The notes under the pieces are model-generated. The model was given only the letters and a program-made list of their open reading frames with translations. It did not search any database and was not told the DNA's origin. Position numbers and translations under genes: made by a program. Source: Iphione sp. A-MEVVRFRX5 (Eukaryota). From it: a DNA stretch of 64,000 nucleotides. The stretch lies in the NCBI GenBank assembly GCA_976226885.1, contig OZ320318.1, positions 26,598,001 through 26,662,000 on the forward strand. The letters run 5' to 3'. Positions 29,295 through 42,534 of the stretch are shown one piece after another; the stretch's first letter is position 1, and each line of letters starts with the position of its first letter.

Positions 29295-30610
29295 GCAACC
29301 GTTATTTGCAATGAACCCCTCTCTAACAGAGGTATGATGATGATAGATGATGAATAAATAACGACATGTACTCAAATATAATTTTCATCGATCTTCGCAA
29401 AGCAGTTGACACTGTTAATCAAAGACTTCTATTGGATAAACGTTAGATATCACTTCGACCTAGCAGCAATTGAATGGTTCAATAATTATCTCAGTGAGAG
29501 CAAACAGTCTTGTTTGGTTAATGGTATTGAATCGAAGTTACAAAGTGTTACCATTGGAGTCCCCCAATGCTCAACACTTGGACCAGTGTTATTCTCTCTA
29601 TTTATTAACGACCTTCAAAAACAGTAAGTGGTGATAGGCCTATACATTGTTTGCTGACGATACACTGATACTTTGCAAAGAAAAAACGAAGGATGACATT
29701 ACCATCTCATGTCAACTTGTTATGCAGGCGATTGACCAATGGTGCAAGGCAAATAGATTAGTGATGAACATCGGTAAGACCAAAATTCTTCCTATCTGTT
29801 CTTGTAACAAATCACCAGACACAGCTGCATCAGTTGACAGCCATGAACTGGTATATGTCGATAACTACACTTACCTAGGAGTTATTTTTGATAAAAGTAT
29901 GAAATTTGACATAGAAATCAATAAAGTAATCATGAAGATGTCTCGAAAAATCAATGTTATATGTATTAAGAGGCTACTTCACTGTTGATGACATAGACTA
30001 TATAAAGCATTTGTCCATCCTCAAGTTGATTATTCAACAGTGCTGATGAATTGCTGCAGCAAATACAGTCTGGCAAAAATTCAGAGGCTCCCGGAGTGTG
30101 CTTTATCACTAGCATACTGCAAAATAAGAAAATATAATGTAAGCAGAAAGATGTTAACAAGCCCAGATCTCCACATTCGGTTTAACATGACTACTACCTA
30201 CCACAGACACAGTTGGTTTTCTGTTAATATCATCTATAATCTACACCTCATGACCAAGCTGCCCAAAAAACCTAAGAGAAACACTAGACAGCATGATGCA
30301 GACCTACTGTATTTACCCAAGCCAAAGTCTGAGCTAGTGAGAAAATCAGTCCACTATAACAGCATAAGAGAGTGGAAGAATCTAGATGTCATTTTGAGGA
30401 GTGCCTGACTTAATCCAATTTTTTAGACAATTGTGTAGATTCATAAGATAAACAAGTCATTTTATTTTTATTGTATTATTTTGCCATATAATCTCCACCC
30501 TTGTACATAATGTATATCTATTTCAATTTATATGTACCATCGACACTATGAACGACGCCCTATCAGGGTGAATGTTGGATGATGAATCAAATTGTTCTTA
30601 TCTTATCTTA
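29295..30610 (+). mobile_element. Decayed CR1/L2-like LINE (RT domain to 3' tail)
   Basis: IFIDLRKAVDTVN, GVPQCSTLGPVLFSLFINDL, LFADD (29650-29661), YTYLGVIFD and REWKNL; TCTTA-repeat tail at 30596-30610. Confidence 0.88.
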
Positions 30611-30616
30611 ATGTTG

Positions 30617-30730
30617 AATGATGATGATGATGGTGACGACGACGACGATGATGATGAAGATGATCATCAGCAGCAGCAGCTTCATCATGATAATGATGGT
30701 GACATCATTATTATGATTATGATGATTTTG
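30617..30730. repeat. Degenerate (GAT)n/(GAC)n/(CAG)n trinucleotide tract
   Basis: Directly visible, just after the LINE tail. Confidence 0.85.
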
Positions 30731-33700
30731 TAATTAACTTAGAAAGTATCAAGATTTTATAGCTACGAGTAACTCTTCATTCTGCTCGTGTCATTTCTCT
30801 ATATCCATGTAATATGTTGGGAGGATTTATGCCTAGTTATGCAGGTGGGGCACGTGTTTATGTCTGAATCTTCTGTACATTATTATGTCCATCTCGTGTC
30901 CGACTCGCCAGTGACATTTGCGTTTCTCGCTCTATAGTGTTGTCCGTCATCTTTGAAACTGACGCCATTGCTAAGCATCGAGGTCCATTTCTAGTAAAGG
31001 ACTTTACCAAGCATCAGAAATAGCGCTTTAACAATTCAGCACACACAACACCTCGAATAAGTCATCACCACGGCAATTTGTCTGATTGATCTTCATATTC
31101 ACAGAAGCTCATGCAATCTGTTCCTAATTACAATGAGCCGACAAGGACTCGAGCAAGTTTAAGGCTCCTCAATCCCAGTCACGGTTGCCTTTGGATCAAG
31201 GAGAAATAGTCCGACAGAGTCTGATCAAAGCTGACTTTTGCACGCCGGTCTGATCTTCAATGACATCCCTGACCAACCATTATTCTAATAGGGAAATTGC
31301 CTGTTGTCGTTTAATTCACGGCACTGTCCGAATGAAAGATTCAGATTTGAGACCAAATCTGAAGCCAGTGAAGATGCATTTACAAAAAGTCTCCAGCACT
31401 ACATACAGAAACACACAATGACGAACACACTCTAACTCACACACACCCTTCTCACGACACAAACACCTACAAATGTTTGAATTATTAGGTGCTGTTAACA
31501 CTGGGAAAAAATACTACAATGTATAGACTTTTACCATTTAAAAAATGATGTTTCCATGTGTGCTGAAAAACAACCTATGATGAGTAAACTAAGTGCACGA
31601 TTTCAAGAACACTATCGCCCCGCTGAACTGTTTACACTACTCTGAGACTGGCTTCTGCAGCCATCTTGAGTTATTTGGCTGTGGAACAAATAGTTGAACT
31701 ATGCCAGCCATCAGCAGAAAAGCTGATACTTCACCATAATTGCGATCCTCAGCCACCTCTCTGAGCATGCATCGAATGTTTACCCAGAGCTAGAGAGAAA
31801 GGTCTTGAACTTATGTTAGTCAGCATAACTTTGACCCCCTCCCCCGATTGCTCCAGGATGCTGGCGGACGTCTTAAGTACAGCCACTGCCAAACAGATCG
31901 TGGTAGATTGGTCAAGGGTGAAAAGCAATAGAGTGAACCTTCTGTACCATTCACCTTGAATGGCAACGACAAAAAGTTGGGTATTGCTATTAATAATTTG
32001 GAAAGATCTCCGCGTAAAATTTCTCACAGGAAATCTTCGATATTTTGATTATGTATGTAGGCTATGTCAGAATACTGAGTGCTTAGGACCAAATTGATGT
32101 TTCAGCCGTGTTTCTTGGCCAGCATCTGGCTGAGATAACGGCCAGGTGCCCTGCCATGTGCAATGAGCCGTAATATGAGCACGTGCTGTTGCAGCTACAG
32201 CAAAGCCAAATGTCAGGTAGGATTAAATTACGTCAAGAAAAATAAAGGCCAGAAAAAAAATACGGGCCCCCGTCTCTTCTCGCCTCACCGTCTAAACTCG
32301 TAGAGCCCGGTCTATAAACTAGTCCCATCGACCAATTACTGAACTTAGAAACCTCCACATGCGAAATGTCTTCCATTCTTATAGATATTCTTCAATTTTA
32401 GCCTAAGCCATGGAGGATTCCTATTATACAATACCTATGTTGATTGACAAGAGAGTTGGAATTTTATTGATTATCTTTTTTATTCCTATTTCTTGAATTT
32501 TCATGACTTTTTAGTACTCCCTCATACTTTTCTACGGCTTTACTTTACGTGCAAAAATGCTGAAAGAAAACCTGATTTTACCGCAGATTGATTTAAACGT
32601 TGTCTCAGTCTTGTTGAAATGTGTGTTTCAAACAATCTGAAAATGTTTATTTAAACTGATAATATACTTACATCACTTATTCTATAACGCTCTGCCTTTG
32701 TATTAACAAGTACACTGCTGATAAATCGATGCAGTTTGTTGAGCTGTATATACGTGCAGTTTCAATGTTTAGGCCTATCGTTATTACTTTTTGGTATATG
32801 CTTCTGAGCACAAAGTAGATTGCCTGATGGCCTCAGCCAAATGGTCAGACTCCATTGCATTAAATGGCGAGATGGATATGTGCATGCGATGTAGGCTATA
32901 ATATTATGGTATGAATAAACTCGATCAAAGGTTTCTGTTGGTACATCAGGTTTTGCTAGTACATGTATTGAGTATTTATTTGCTACATATATAGAAAGAA
33001 ATCGTTAAATGAATTGCCAGCGATACATAAATAATACATCCTACGTGAGATATCCCACAGATCGGAGTGTCACACCCGATGTGTTCCTTGTGGCAGTTTC
33101 GACCGATTATTGGTTTCATTACGCACGAAATGGATGGCGCTGTGTACACGGTAAACCTCCTGCAGACCCCCACGTGTTGAATCGGCAATTGACGGAGCGC
33201 ATCTTGTATTATAGATTAACAGCGGGTGGCACGAGCAGGCCACGGTAGGTGGTGAATAGTAGCACCGAGCATGCACGTTACACGTCCTGCCGACGCCGAC
33301 ACGAGTGCGGGTTGCGCCTCGTGGCTGCTTCATCTGGAACTTGTTATATCGGACAAATTGCTACAACCGCCCCGTTGATGTATCACTCGAGGCGCCGCGG
33401 GGTTGTTGCTGAACAGCTCGCATAGGGTGCTGTAGGTGTGGGTGAGCTACTCTCCAAGAGGGGTCAGGTCGTATGGGGCCCTGCTGGAATTGCTCATTCT
33501 TGTCTGTTTGTTCTCCGAGTCACTCCTTGTATTTTCTGACTGTCAGAGCTGCTGACTGACTCGCAGAGAGCGCCAGGAGCCGTTCACGTCTGGTAAGGCT
33601 CAGATAGCCATGTCAAGAAGAAGGCGGAAGTGGTCTGAGAGGCAATAAGGAAGCAGGACTGGTATATTTGTTTTGCCCAAATAGATAGTCCACTACGCAT

Positions 33701-34677
33701 AGTAAAAAACATTCTCTGTCATGATTTAACAGTTGCCAGAAGCCATAGATAGTAATATCCTTAGCCCCGTAGGAGGAGAAATACAACGGTTCAATGATGA
33801 TTCTAAAGTTGATTAAGAAATGCATGTTTGTGATCGGTACCAATTTTATTTGGCAAATTGAGTTTTACCTTACAACGGGTAGTGATTTTAGTGCTGTGGA
33901 TGTTTTCAAGTGAATGATTTGGTACTGTATCCAAATGGATATAGCCTTAAAAAGATTGCAGTACATCTTTATATGAAAACGGCAGCATTAGTTGTTCGAT
34001 TAAACATTCAGAAGTCATGACTGATAACATTCTATATCTAAAGTTATCCAGCCTAAATACAAGTGGCTGTTTTTGCTGCAGGTGTTTACTGGTTTAATTA
34101 AGGGCAAAATAGAAGTTACAATTCGTAGATACATGTATAAACGTTTTTCTGTATATGTCTGCCATATTGATATGAAACTTATTGCCCTTGGTTCATAAAC
34201 TTCGTCAGTCAACCTTGGGCGTCACAACTATTAATCTACCAGGACTTATTTTCGGGCAACTAGTGTTTTTCGGCCAATCACAAAACCATCCACATATGCA
34301 TACTTAGTATTATTTTGCCTGTCAGACCATCTGCCAGGCTTGCATAATATGAATTACATTGCCTATCACGAAAAAATGTATCTTAGTGTAGTTGCTGAGC
34401 GCAAGAATCGTTTAGTTGCTTTCACCGTTGTCCGTTTCTACTGAAAATCCAGCAAAAGTTTTAATTGGTTAGTGATACATTTTAGCTGAGGTTTCTATCA
34501 TTCATGTTCCGGAAGTTATCGCAATTTGTCAGGATATTGGAGATTAATGATTATGCGCGGTTTTGTGAGATGAGGCCAAATTATTTTATTACCAGAGACT
34601 GTCCACCGTTTGAGATGGTTCCATTTGTATCCTGTTTAGACAAATGGGATGCCACATTCTCTCTCTGCCTCCTTCAG

Positions 34678-34682
<5 letters not shown>

Positions 34683-34733
<51 letters not shown>

Positions 34734-34775
34734 CCCTTCTTCCTTTCTCTCTCTGTCTCTCTTCCTCTCTCTCTC
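34683..34775. repeat. (TC)n microsatellite
   Basis: Directly visible; perfect to about 34730, then degenerate. Confidence 0.95.
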
Positions 34776-35311
34776 CAAATGCTTGTTATGAGTTGTAATG
34801 TTTCTAAGAAGTTAAGCTCTGGAAGCTGCAGAACTTGGTAAAAGTATTGAATAAAGAATGTCTGAATACTGAAATATCTGGTTCACTACAACTATTTATG
34901 TTATATATATATATTTATTTAGACAACTATTTATGGTGCAGTTACATACAACATAAATATGTCACAGTGCATTCTAGGAGTGTTCCTGGATTCTCGGATC
35001 ACTGGATTTCAATCCTGCCAGATTCTATCCTCTCCAGATTCAAGACCCTTTTCCATTTTATCTTTAACCTGGAACTAGATATTCAGCTATTACCTGTTCT
35101 CCCATATCCTCCTGGAAAGTATACTACCATCCATTATCGAGAATTGAGAGGCAGAATATCCAGGGTCGTTCCCTATTCTTATTTCAAACAGGTTTCTGGG
35201 GTCTTTTTTGCATAGGGAACAGAATTCTAGGGTTAGGGTTAGGGCCTTTGTTACAAGTTGTGGACTTCTCTATGTTGTGCCTACAGTAAATTCATCTGGT
35301 CATGATCAAGA

Positions 35312-35395
35312 GTCTCAGGCCTAGAATTGAACCTGTGACCTCTCAAACAGTGGACCAGATCTAGTCAGCACTCTTACCAACTGAGCTAACTCCCC
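35312..35395 (-). mobile_element. tRNA-derived SINE head or tRNA pseudogene
   Basis: GGGGAGTTAGCTCAGTTGGTAAGAGTG...GAGGTCACAGGTTCAATTC; Pol III A box (35388-35377) and B box (35333-35323); I could not fold an intact anticodon or acceptor stem. Confidence 0.6.
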
Positions 35396-36534
35396 ACCCA
35401 CTTATGTGTGCCACATTGTATTCATAAATGGATCGTAATAAAGTGTCGTCATTTAGAACAAAACTCTACCAAATCGCTCTGTGATGCATTTAGGAATAAA
35501 ATCTTTAAGCGATTCTATTCGAATTATAGCATGGTTAAAGGCAATGGTAGGGATCTTTGAAGGAATCATTTTCCGACTATCATAACATATCAGCAGTTGC
35601 TTGGTTGTACTAGTTCTAATGTATTTCGATCGGACTTAGGGAAATCCAACTCAAAACTAAGGTACTTTGGCTGTTTATAACCCGTGCGTTATTGACCTTT
35701 TGTATTCTTCAGGAGTTGTTTTTCCCTAGCTTTCAATTCGCCTCTGGCGCTGCATAGAACTGCTATTCATTTGTAGTAACAGGGTCCCCGTCTCCTTTTA
35801 GGCAAATGCCTGGCGTTCCGCTCTTGCTTTTAATGTGTGTATGTAAGCCCTGCTAATGATGGTCTACGTTGAAAGGTGATTTTTTTTAACGATGAAAACG
35901 TAAAGACATGCTCCAAGAGAGGGAAGTGATAGAAAAAGTCATCGTTTCCTACGAAACTTCTCATGCATGGCTACTTGAACCATGAAATATTTCGCAGATA
36001 TTCAGTGGCAGCTGGCAAAATGTGTCAGTGGATCACCCATACGATTTGGCTAAACTCCTGCTGGTTTTGTGGTCTCCAACTTCAGATAATGAGAATGAGC
36101 TTATGTGAAGCGTGTTCATTGACTTGTTATATTTATAGAAACGAAAACGGCGTCTCAGCTCATCTGCACATGTATTGATGTGAAGCAGAGCTCGTAGATA
36201 CAGATTAAACCTGAGAGTTTTTTTTGTTACTTTCAGTCATTCACTCATGGCTAATAGAACTAATTTTAAAAGGTGATGAAGTTACATAGCTATATAAGGA
36301 ACTTGGAATCATCTTGCTGACTGGAAATGTACCTTGTTCACGTCACTGTTTCTCTATTATAATATTCTGGCGCGTAGATCCCAAAATGGAACCAAGGAAA
36401 CATAGCAACGACACTTCTATAGTTAATTCCAAACAGTAACAAACATGTTTTTTTTAATGATTTAGCTCCTCTTCCTACACGAAAGAGACAATTCTTTCAA
36501 TTACCAAATTTCTCATTTCGATGGACTGGCTCCT

Positions 36535-39496
36535 TTGGAATGCGAACGAGAACTAATCTTCTTAAAGGTTCCATATTATGTTATGACTGACGACATATTA
36601 AACCATGAAGATTATACTTTGTTTCGTCAAGATAGGGTGTCCTCAGTAAAAAAACGAGGTGGAGGTTTACTTGTATATGTTAAGAAAGCTGAGTCTGTCA
36701 CAGAATGCCAAGACTTGTCCTGTAATTCAGACAGTTGTGAATCAATCAGTCTTATATTCCATTCACAACACCGTAAACCACTAGGGGTCACCATTGTCTA
36801 TTCACCGCCATCTGGTTCCAAGACTGAGTTAATAAAATATCTGGAAAATAACACTGCTGCATTGAAATGAAAAGGGGCTAAAGACATCATTGTAGGGGGT
36901 GATATGAACATTGACTGGGCAAGAAAAAATCCAAATTCTATCAATCTTGATAAAGTCTGTTCTAAATTTGGTTTGAAACAATATATTAATGAGCCGACAA
37001 TAATTCATGAATCTAGCAAGTCAATTATTGATCTAATTTTCACCAATATGCTGAACATTACTGAGAATGGGACAATTGATATCAATGTTAGTGATCATAA
37101 GCCGGTCTTCATACTGAATAAGAAAATCAGGGAAAGGAAAAAGAAAAATTCCTATATAGGTAGGGACTGGAGCAAGTACGACAAGAGTGCCTTACGAGAC
37201 CATCTGCAACCAGTAATTGAATATCATGAAAGCAATAAGAATCTCTCAATTGATGACAAGTGGAATACTCTGCTTAGGGCCATTGTAGGGGCGGTTAAGG
37301 TCTTGTGTCCTAATAAAGCTAAAACTAGAAAGTCTGGTACAGATTGGATGACACCTGAACTTCTGGATGCAATTCGCAATCGTGATTATTTCCTAAAAAA
37401 GTACACATCAACCCAAAATATTGACGACCTCAGAATCTCAAAATTTTATAAATCAAAGGCCAAAAAACTTACCAAGCTAGCAAAGCGAGAGTATTACAGA
37501 AGAGTATTGGGAAATTGCACGACTGCGAAGGACTACTGGTCCTGTATTAACTCCTGCGTCTTAAACAAGGGTAAAGGTGCGTCCAAAATCAACCTGGTGG
37601 AGAATGATGTAAGTCAATCAGATAAAGACATCCCAGATATCTTTAATGCCATGTTTGTCTCCCAGGCTCAACAGTTGTGTCATGACATCAATCTACCACA
37701 CTTGGAAGGGGATCCCAAATGGGACCTCAAACCTGTAACTCATCAGTCTCTTGTAAAAAAGCTACTCCAGATCAAACCCAAAAAACCTAGTGGCCTTGAT
37801 GATGTTCCAACCACTGTACTCAAGGATGCTCTTCTAATAACTTCTGAATTGTTCCTCACTATTGTGAATGAAATAATTATGACAGGTAACTTCCCAGACA
37901 CTTGGAAAATCGCAAGAATAACCCCTCTTCACAAAAAGGGTTCAATGGTAAAAAAGGAAAACTTCAGACCAATTGCTATACTTCCCCTGGTTGGTAAGTT
38001 AGTCGAAGCCATTGTCCATGAACAGATGGTTAACTTTCTTGAGAACAGTAAATTCTATTGTCGTGAGCAGCATGGCTTTCGACGCCACAGAGGAACGAGC
38101 ACTGCGTTTGGGGTATTTTTAAGAGACATTTACTCAGCAATTGACGAGGACAGATATGTGGCCAGTATCCTATTCGATTACTCTAAAGCCTTCGACGTTA
38201 TCAACCACGAACTGATATTACACTGTCTGAGACGATCCGGCATGGGTCCGAAGGCTTTAAGCTGGGCTTCTTCTTACTTAGATGGTAGAAGTCAATATGT
38301 CCGATGTAACCAAGTAAACTCATCACTCTTGAATGTTGAGCAGGGTGTTCCTCAGGGGAGCCTAATGGGCCCCTTAATGTTCTCTATTGTTATTAACTCC
38401 CTTCCCAACGCTTTGTCTATAGCGAGCGCAGTTCTCTATGCTGATGATTTAACAATTACCTGTGTAGCGGCCAATGCACTAACACTCAGACTCAAGCTTC
38501 AACGTACTATCAGGGACGTACAGACTTGGTCACAGGCTAATGGCCTAACATTGAATACTGAGAAAACCCAGTACCTATCGTTTGGAAGAGCCAACCAATT
38601 TGCCCTTGACCTAACCATTGAAAATAAACAGATATCGAGGGTGACAAATTGCAAACTCCTAGGTTATGTGGTGGATGACAAATTATCCTGGAGGCCAATG
38701 GTAGCTAAAACTAAACGAATAATCAGACAACGATCCATTGGTCTCTCCAAACTTGTAAAATTTCTTCCTTTCAGGGATAGACTAAGACTCTACCATGCAT
38801 TTGTATTGCCTTGTCTTGATTATGGACTCCCATTTATTGTGAATGCTAGTAAATGCCTCGTTGATGATCTACAAATAGAAATGAACCGTGCGAGCAAATC
38901 TGTCCTCCTAGGCAGTACGAAAACCATGATATCTGCCAGTACCCTACGTGGAAAGGCACGTCTTGATACAGTCAGTGATAGAGGTAATAAGCAGCTTATC
39001 ATGCTGATTCACAGGCTTAAGTGTATTACCGAATGTAAAATTAGACCACATGCAAAACACCTCAGAAGAAGTAGCCTTGGCAATATGCAGCTGAAACAGC
39101 CTAAGAAGAACCTGTATCAAAAGTCATTCTGGTATAGAGGGATAGCTGCTTGGAATGAGCTACCCTATCCAAGTAAGTCTAAACTGTCGGTGCGAGAATT
39201 CAGAAGAATTGTATATAGAAATCATCAGCCATAAATGCACTAACCTCACATTGCCCTGTACTGTGTAAATAGTGTATATAATCATGTATCTTACCTCTGT
39301 TTCGATCCAAAGTCTCGAACTTGCCCTAAAATGTACTGTCACTATGCCCAACTTATTTAATTGTTCATCGTTTTTTTTATTTACTTTTCATTCTTTTTCT
39401 TATTTTCCATCCTCTTGTATTCACGGGAATATCTCGATGTATTTCGCAGAATTGCATTGAGCAGTGAATAAATCAGATTTCAATTTCAATTTCAAT
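36535..39496 (+). mobile_element. Near-intact, 5'-truncated non-LTR retrotransposon (CR1/L2-like LINE; APE endonuclease plus reverse transcriptase)
   Basis: One reading frame 36535-39234 broken only by TGA at 36868-36870. Endonuclease motifs RGGGLLVYV, GDMN, IDLIF and SDH. RT motifs FRPIAILP, QHGFR, FDYSKAFD, GVPQGSLMGP and YADD (38437-38448). AATAAA at 39467 followed by an (ATTTCA)3 tail at 39477-39494. Confidence 0.95.
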
Positions 39497-41546
39497 ATTC
39501 AACCCACTTCCCAGGGCTGGAGTCATTTTTCTTGGTAGTCAGTATCTTCTTCCATATTTATGTAATCATTATTTATTTATCGTAAGAAGATACGCCAATA
39601 TGTATTACAAGCATTACGGTTCATAAATTGTTTCCCACTAATGATGCTAAATTTAAAACTTCTGATTTCTTTTAAAAATATGCCAGACGGATCCGTTACA
39701 TTCCAAATATAATTTATCAAAATGGACTAATTAAAGGTTTTTGACAGATAGCAGGAAAGCTTCCATACCAGCTGCCATGTCGTGATTCAAGGCAGATCCC
39801 AAATAGCCAGCCTTACTTACCGGTCTAATCAAACAGGGTATTCTGTTTAACATTAGTAGATTTTCTCACGATATCGGTGGGCAAATATCTACTATGAATT
39901 AATAGGCCTAGATGCGCTCTGGGTACACAATTTCGCAGGGTATCAATGTACATTTCCTAAACTCCATTGGTGAGAATTATTCTATCAATATTAAAGATTT
40001 AATAAGATAGCATGTTAATTGTTGAAGAGAAATGCGTTGGTACTGTGTTTTTTTTTCACTATAACAGAAGGAATATGTAGACGAGGGGGTGATACAGTCG
40101 CTGTTCGAAGACATATGTGAGGCCAGGCGCCATCAGTCGCTCAGACAGTCCCTCAAAAAAGCGAGCCATATGGGGCGGTGAGTGATGGATTTATTGGTCA
40201 AGACTGGAGTATATGACATCCGATCCAGACACTGGAGCTGACAAGAAAGGATGGACCACTCCGTCGTCCCCCGCCACTCTCTACTTATTCCATTTCCAGC
40301 CACCCTCTGTGAGATTTTTTTGTGTGCTGGAACTCCTGGGAACGCCGTGTCAAGGAGTACCCTCGGCGCTGACACGGCTATCTGAGATGGCTTTAGGACA
40401 AAAAACATTAGAACCACATTTTCTTAAGGTGGCCAGGATGTATTTGTCACTGGCATCGTTGAGGGTTTGTGACTGTGGCACGCCAGTCTGGTAGACGTAA
40501 CAGCTTGTTTCCCACGCCAGCCTGGAGGTGAACGTCGTGAATACTCTTTTGACCTCGTCCTGTCTGTATTTCCTCCATCTAAATGGAAAACACACAGGAG
40601 GAAAGCGGGGGTCTTCTGATCGACCGAGGGCACCGACCTCTACTGAGGCAGATCAAAAGAATTTAAGTGTGCTTCCAAAGTAAAGCTATTTTCCTCCGGC
40701 TACAAAGAGGTATAAACCAGTGTTAAGCTAATAGGGGTATACATGTATTTGTCCAGTGAGAAAGTCCAACCAATGTTTCATCCAGCAGCATGATCCATGC
40801 TTACCAGTACAGATGTATGGAGGTATATTACCTTACTCCCCTGCCATTCCCAACAGTACTCGGTTTGATCTGGTATAACATGCTAATCATGCATGTTAGT
40901 AAGTCATATTGGTTAGGCTTATTAGAGAAATATCTGTGTTTCCAGTTACCTGACCAACCCTGATGTTTGTGCCAATTGAACTTTATATCTTTCTTTATTG
41001 TTTTCTAAATATCTTGAGAGTGAAGCAAGCTAGAGACTCATACTATGCACTGGTGTGTTCTTTACATTATTTGCTTTCATATGATACCAGTTATATTAGG
41101 TGGTATTACAATAAGTGTTTGTTGCTTTCAGGATCAATTAACATTGAAAAAAGAAAAAGAAAAAACTCCTTACGGACCCTATATTTTTTAAGCATGTTAC
41201 CAGAGTCAGATTTTTTCAGGCCTTATGGATGTCAGTAGCTGATAATGTCAATTTAAACCATTGATGGCTATCAGTAATGGACACCCATCGTTTCAGCTGG
41301 AACATACAAGCATTACGAAACCCTTCCTAAGAGGAACCATTTTTCATTCTATCCAATCATGAAATGTGTACTAAACGAATATTCAGCAAACGTTTCCAGG
41401 GTTTACTGTACGCTGAGGGAAGTAGCTTTGACACAAACTTTCGCTCTGAAACCACAGCTAATATGTCTTTACATTCTGCTCTGCATTGTGCTTATTCTAT
41501 AGCTTCGGCGGACATGTCATGACGCGATCCCTAATGTCATCGGGAT

Positions 41547-41728
41547 GAATGGATAGCCTCTTAAGTCTCTGTTCAGGACACCCTTGGTTGCGTCCCAAAC
41601 TGTCCTAAGTAAAACTTGTCCTCATGAGAGACTTCTTTTAATATAGAGCAAATATAATGTGTTCTTTGCAAAAGTGTCCCTATTATAGGCGTGTCCTTTA
41701 AGAAAGTCCCTAACGTGGCTTTTCACTG
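41547..41728. mobile_element. Degraded member of the same MITE family
   Basis: Left end GAATGGATAGCCTC (11/14 match to CAGTGGAAAGCCTC), internal CAGGACACCC, right end TTTCACTG|TA. Confidence 0.5.
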
Positions 41729-42364
41729 TATGTATTTGTGTGACGAAAATCAGCTGCAGTGGTACCTTGTTGCCCACAGTTGTGCATGGGGGGCGGGGGG
41801 CCAATAATCGTATTGCATTTGGGTGCATTTTAAATATACATGTACATGTAGTTATCCTACTGTCTGTTTTCCGATGTAGAGTATGTGTGTGCATACATGG
41901 TTTTCATGAGATAAAGACAGCTATAGCCTAACCACTTGTAACATTCCCTGTATTCTCATGAATTAATATCTATAGCAGGCTGGATGGTCAAATGTGTAAA
42001 GATGTACAACATACATACCCAGACATACAGACACACCCACACATACACCCACGTAGCCCGATTCTAACCTTACCTTCCATATCCTACTGTTGTGTTTAAG
42101 CGTTTGCATTAAATTTACAAGCAATGCTAAAAATCAGACCATACCTAAATGTGCATATTAGCACAAATGCATGACAATGCATGCATTCAACACGGGTATG
42201 GGATCAATTCCATTCATTATTATGTGCTATTTACAACTACACTGGACATCCACAGGGCACAACGCATAGACACAAATATAGAAATTGGCCCTAATATGGG
42301 GAGGCATTAACTGGATAGTGTCAAAACTAGAATTGGGATATTCTCTGCATGTTTCTTTCAAAAG

Positions 42365-42534
42365 CATGCCCGTAGCCAAGGGGGTATCGAGGGTATCGTC
42401 TGATACCCCCCAAAGCCATTACTGTCTATTAATTGGCCTTTATAGACTTGCAGGAATGGAAAAAATAGTTCCACTCCTGTGGTATCGGGGGTATCGCCTG
42501 ATACCCCCCAGAGAACCTCCTGGCTACGGGCCTG
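42365..42534. mobile_element. 170-bp MITE of unassigned superfamily
   Basis: TIRs CATGCCCGTAGCCAAG and CTGGCTACGGGCCTG; subterminal GGGGTATCG and GATACCCCC repeats; no clear target-site duplication. Confidence 0.65.

Noticed and set aside
31620-32030. Protein-like minus-strand stretch (LREVAEDRNYGEVSAFLLMAG)
   Set aside because: Interrupted by stops, with no recognisable family or splice structure.
35228-35244. TAGGGTTAGGGTTAGGG telomere-like repeat
   Set aside because: Under three units, so too short to call an interstitial telomere.
36868-36870. In-frame TGA in the LINE as possible selenocysteine or readthrough
   Set aside because: It is not at a catalytic Cys position and I saw no SECIS-like element. 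A simple nonsense mutation is more parsimonious.
40130-40630. GC-rich decayed frame containing VAGDDGVV (RdRp motif C-like) and TGVPQ
   Set aside because: In-frame stops, no properly spaced motifs A and B, and short motifs like these arise by chance.
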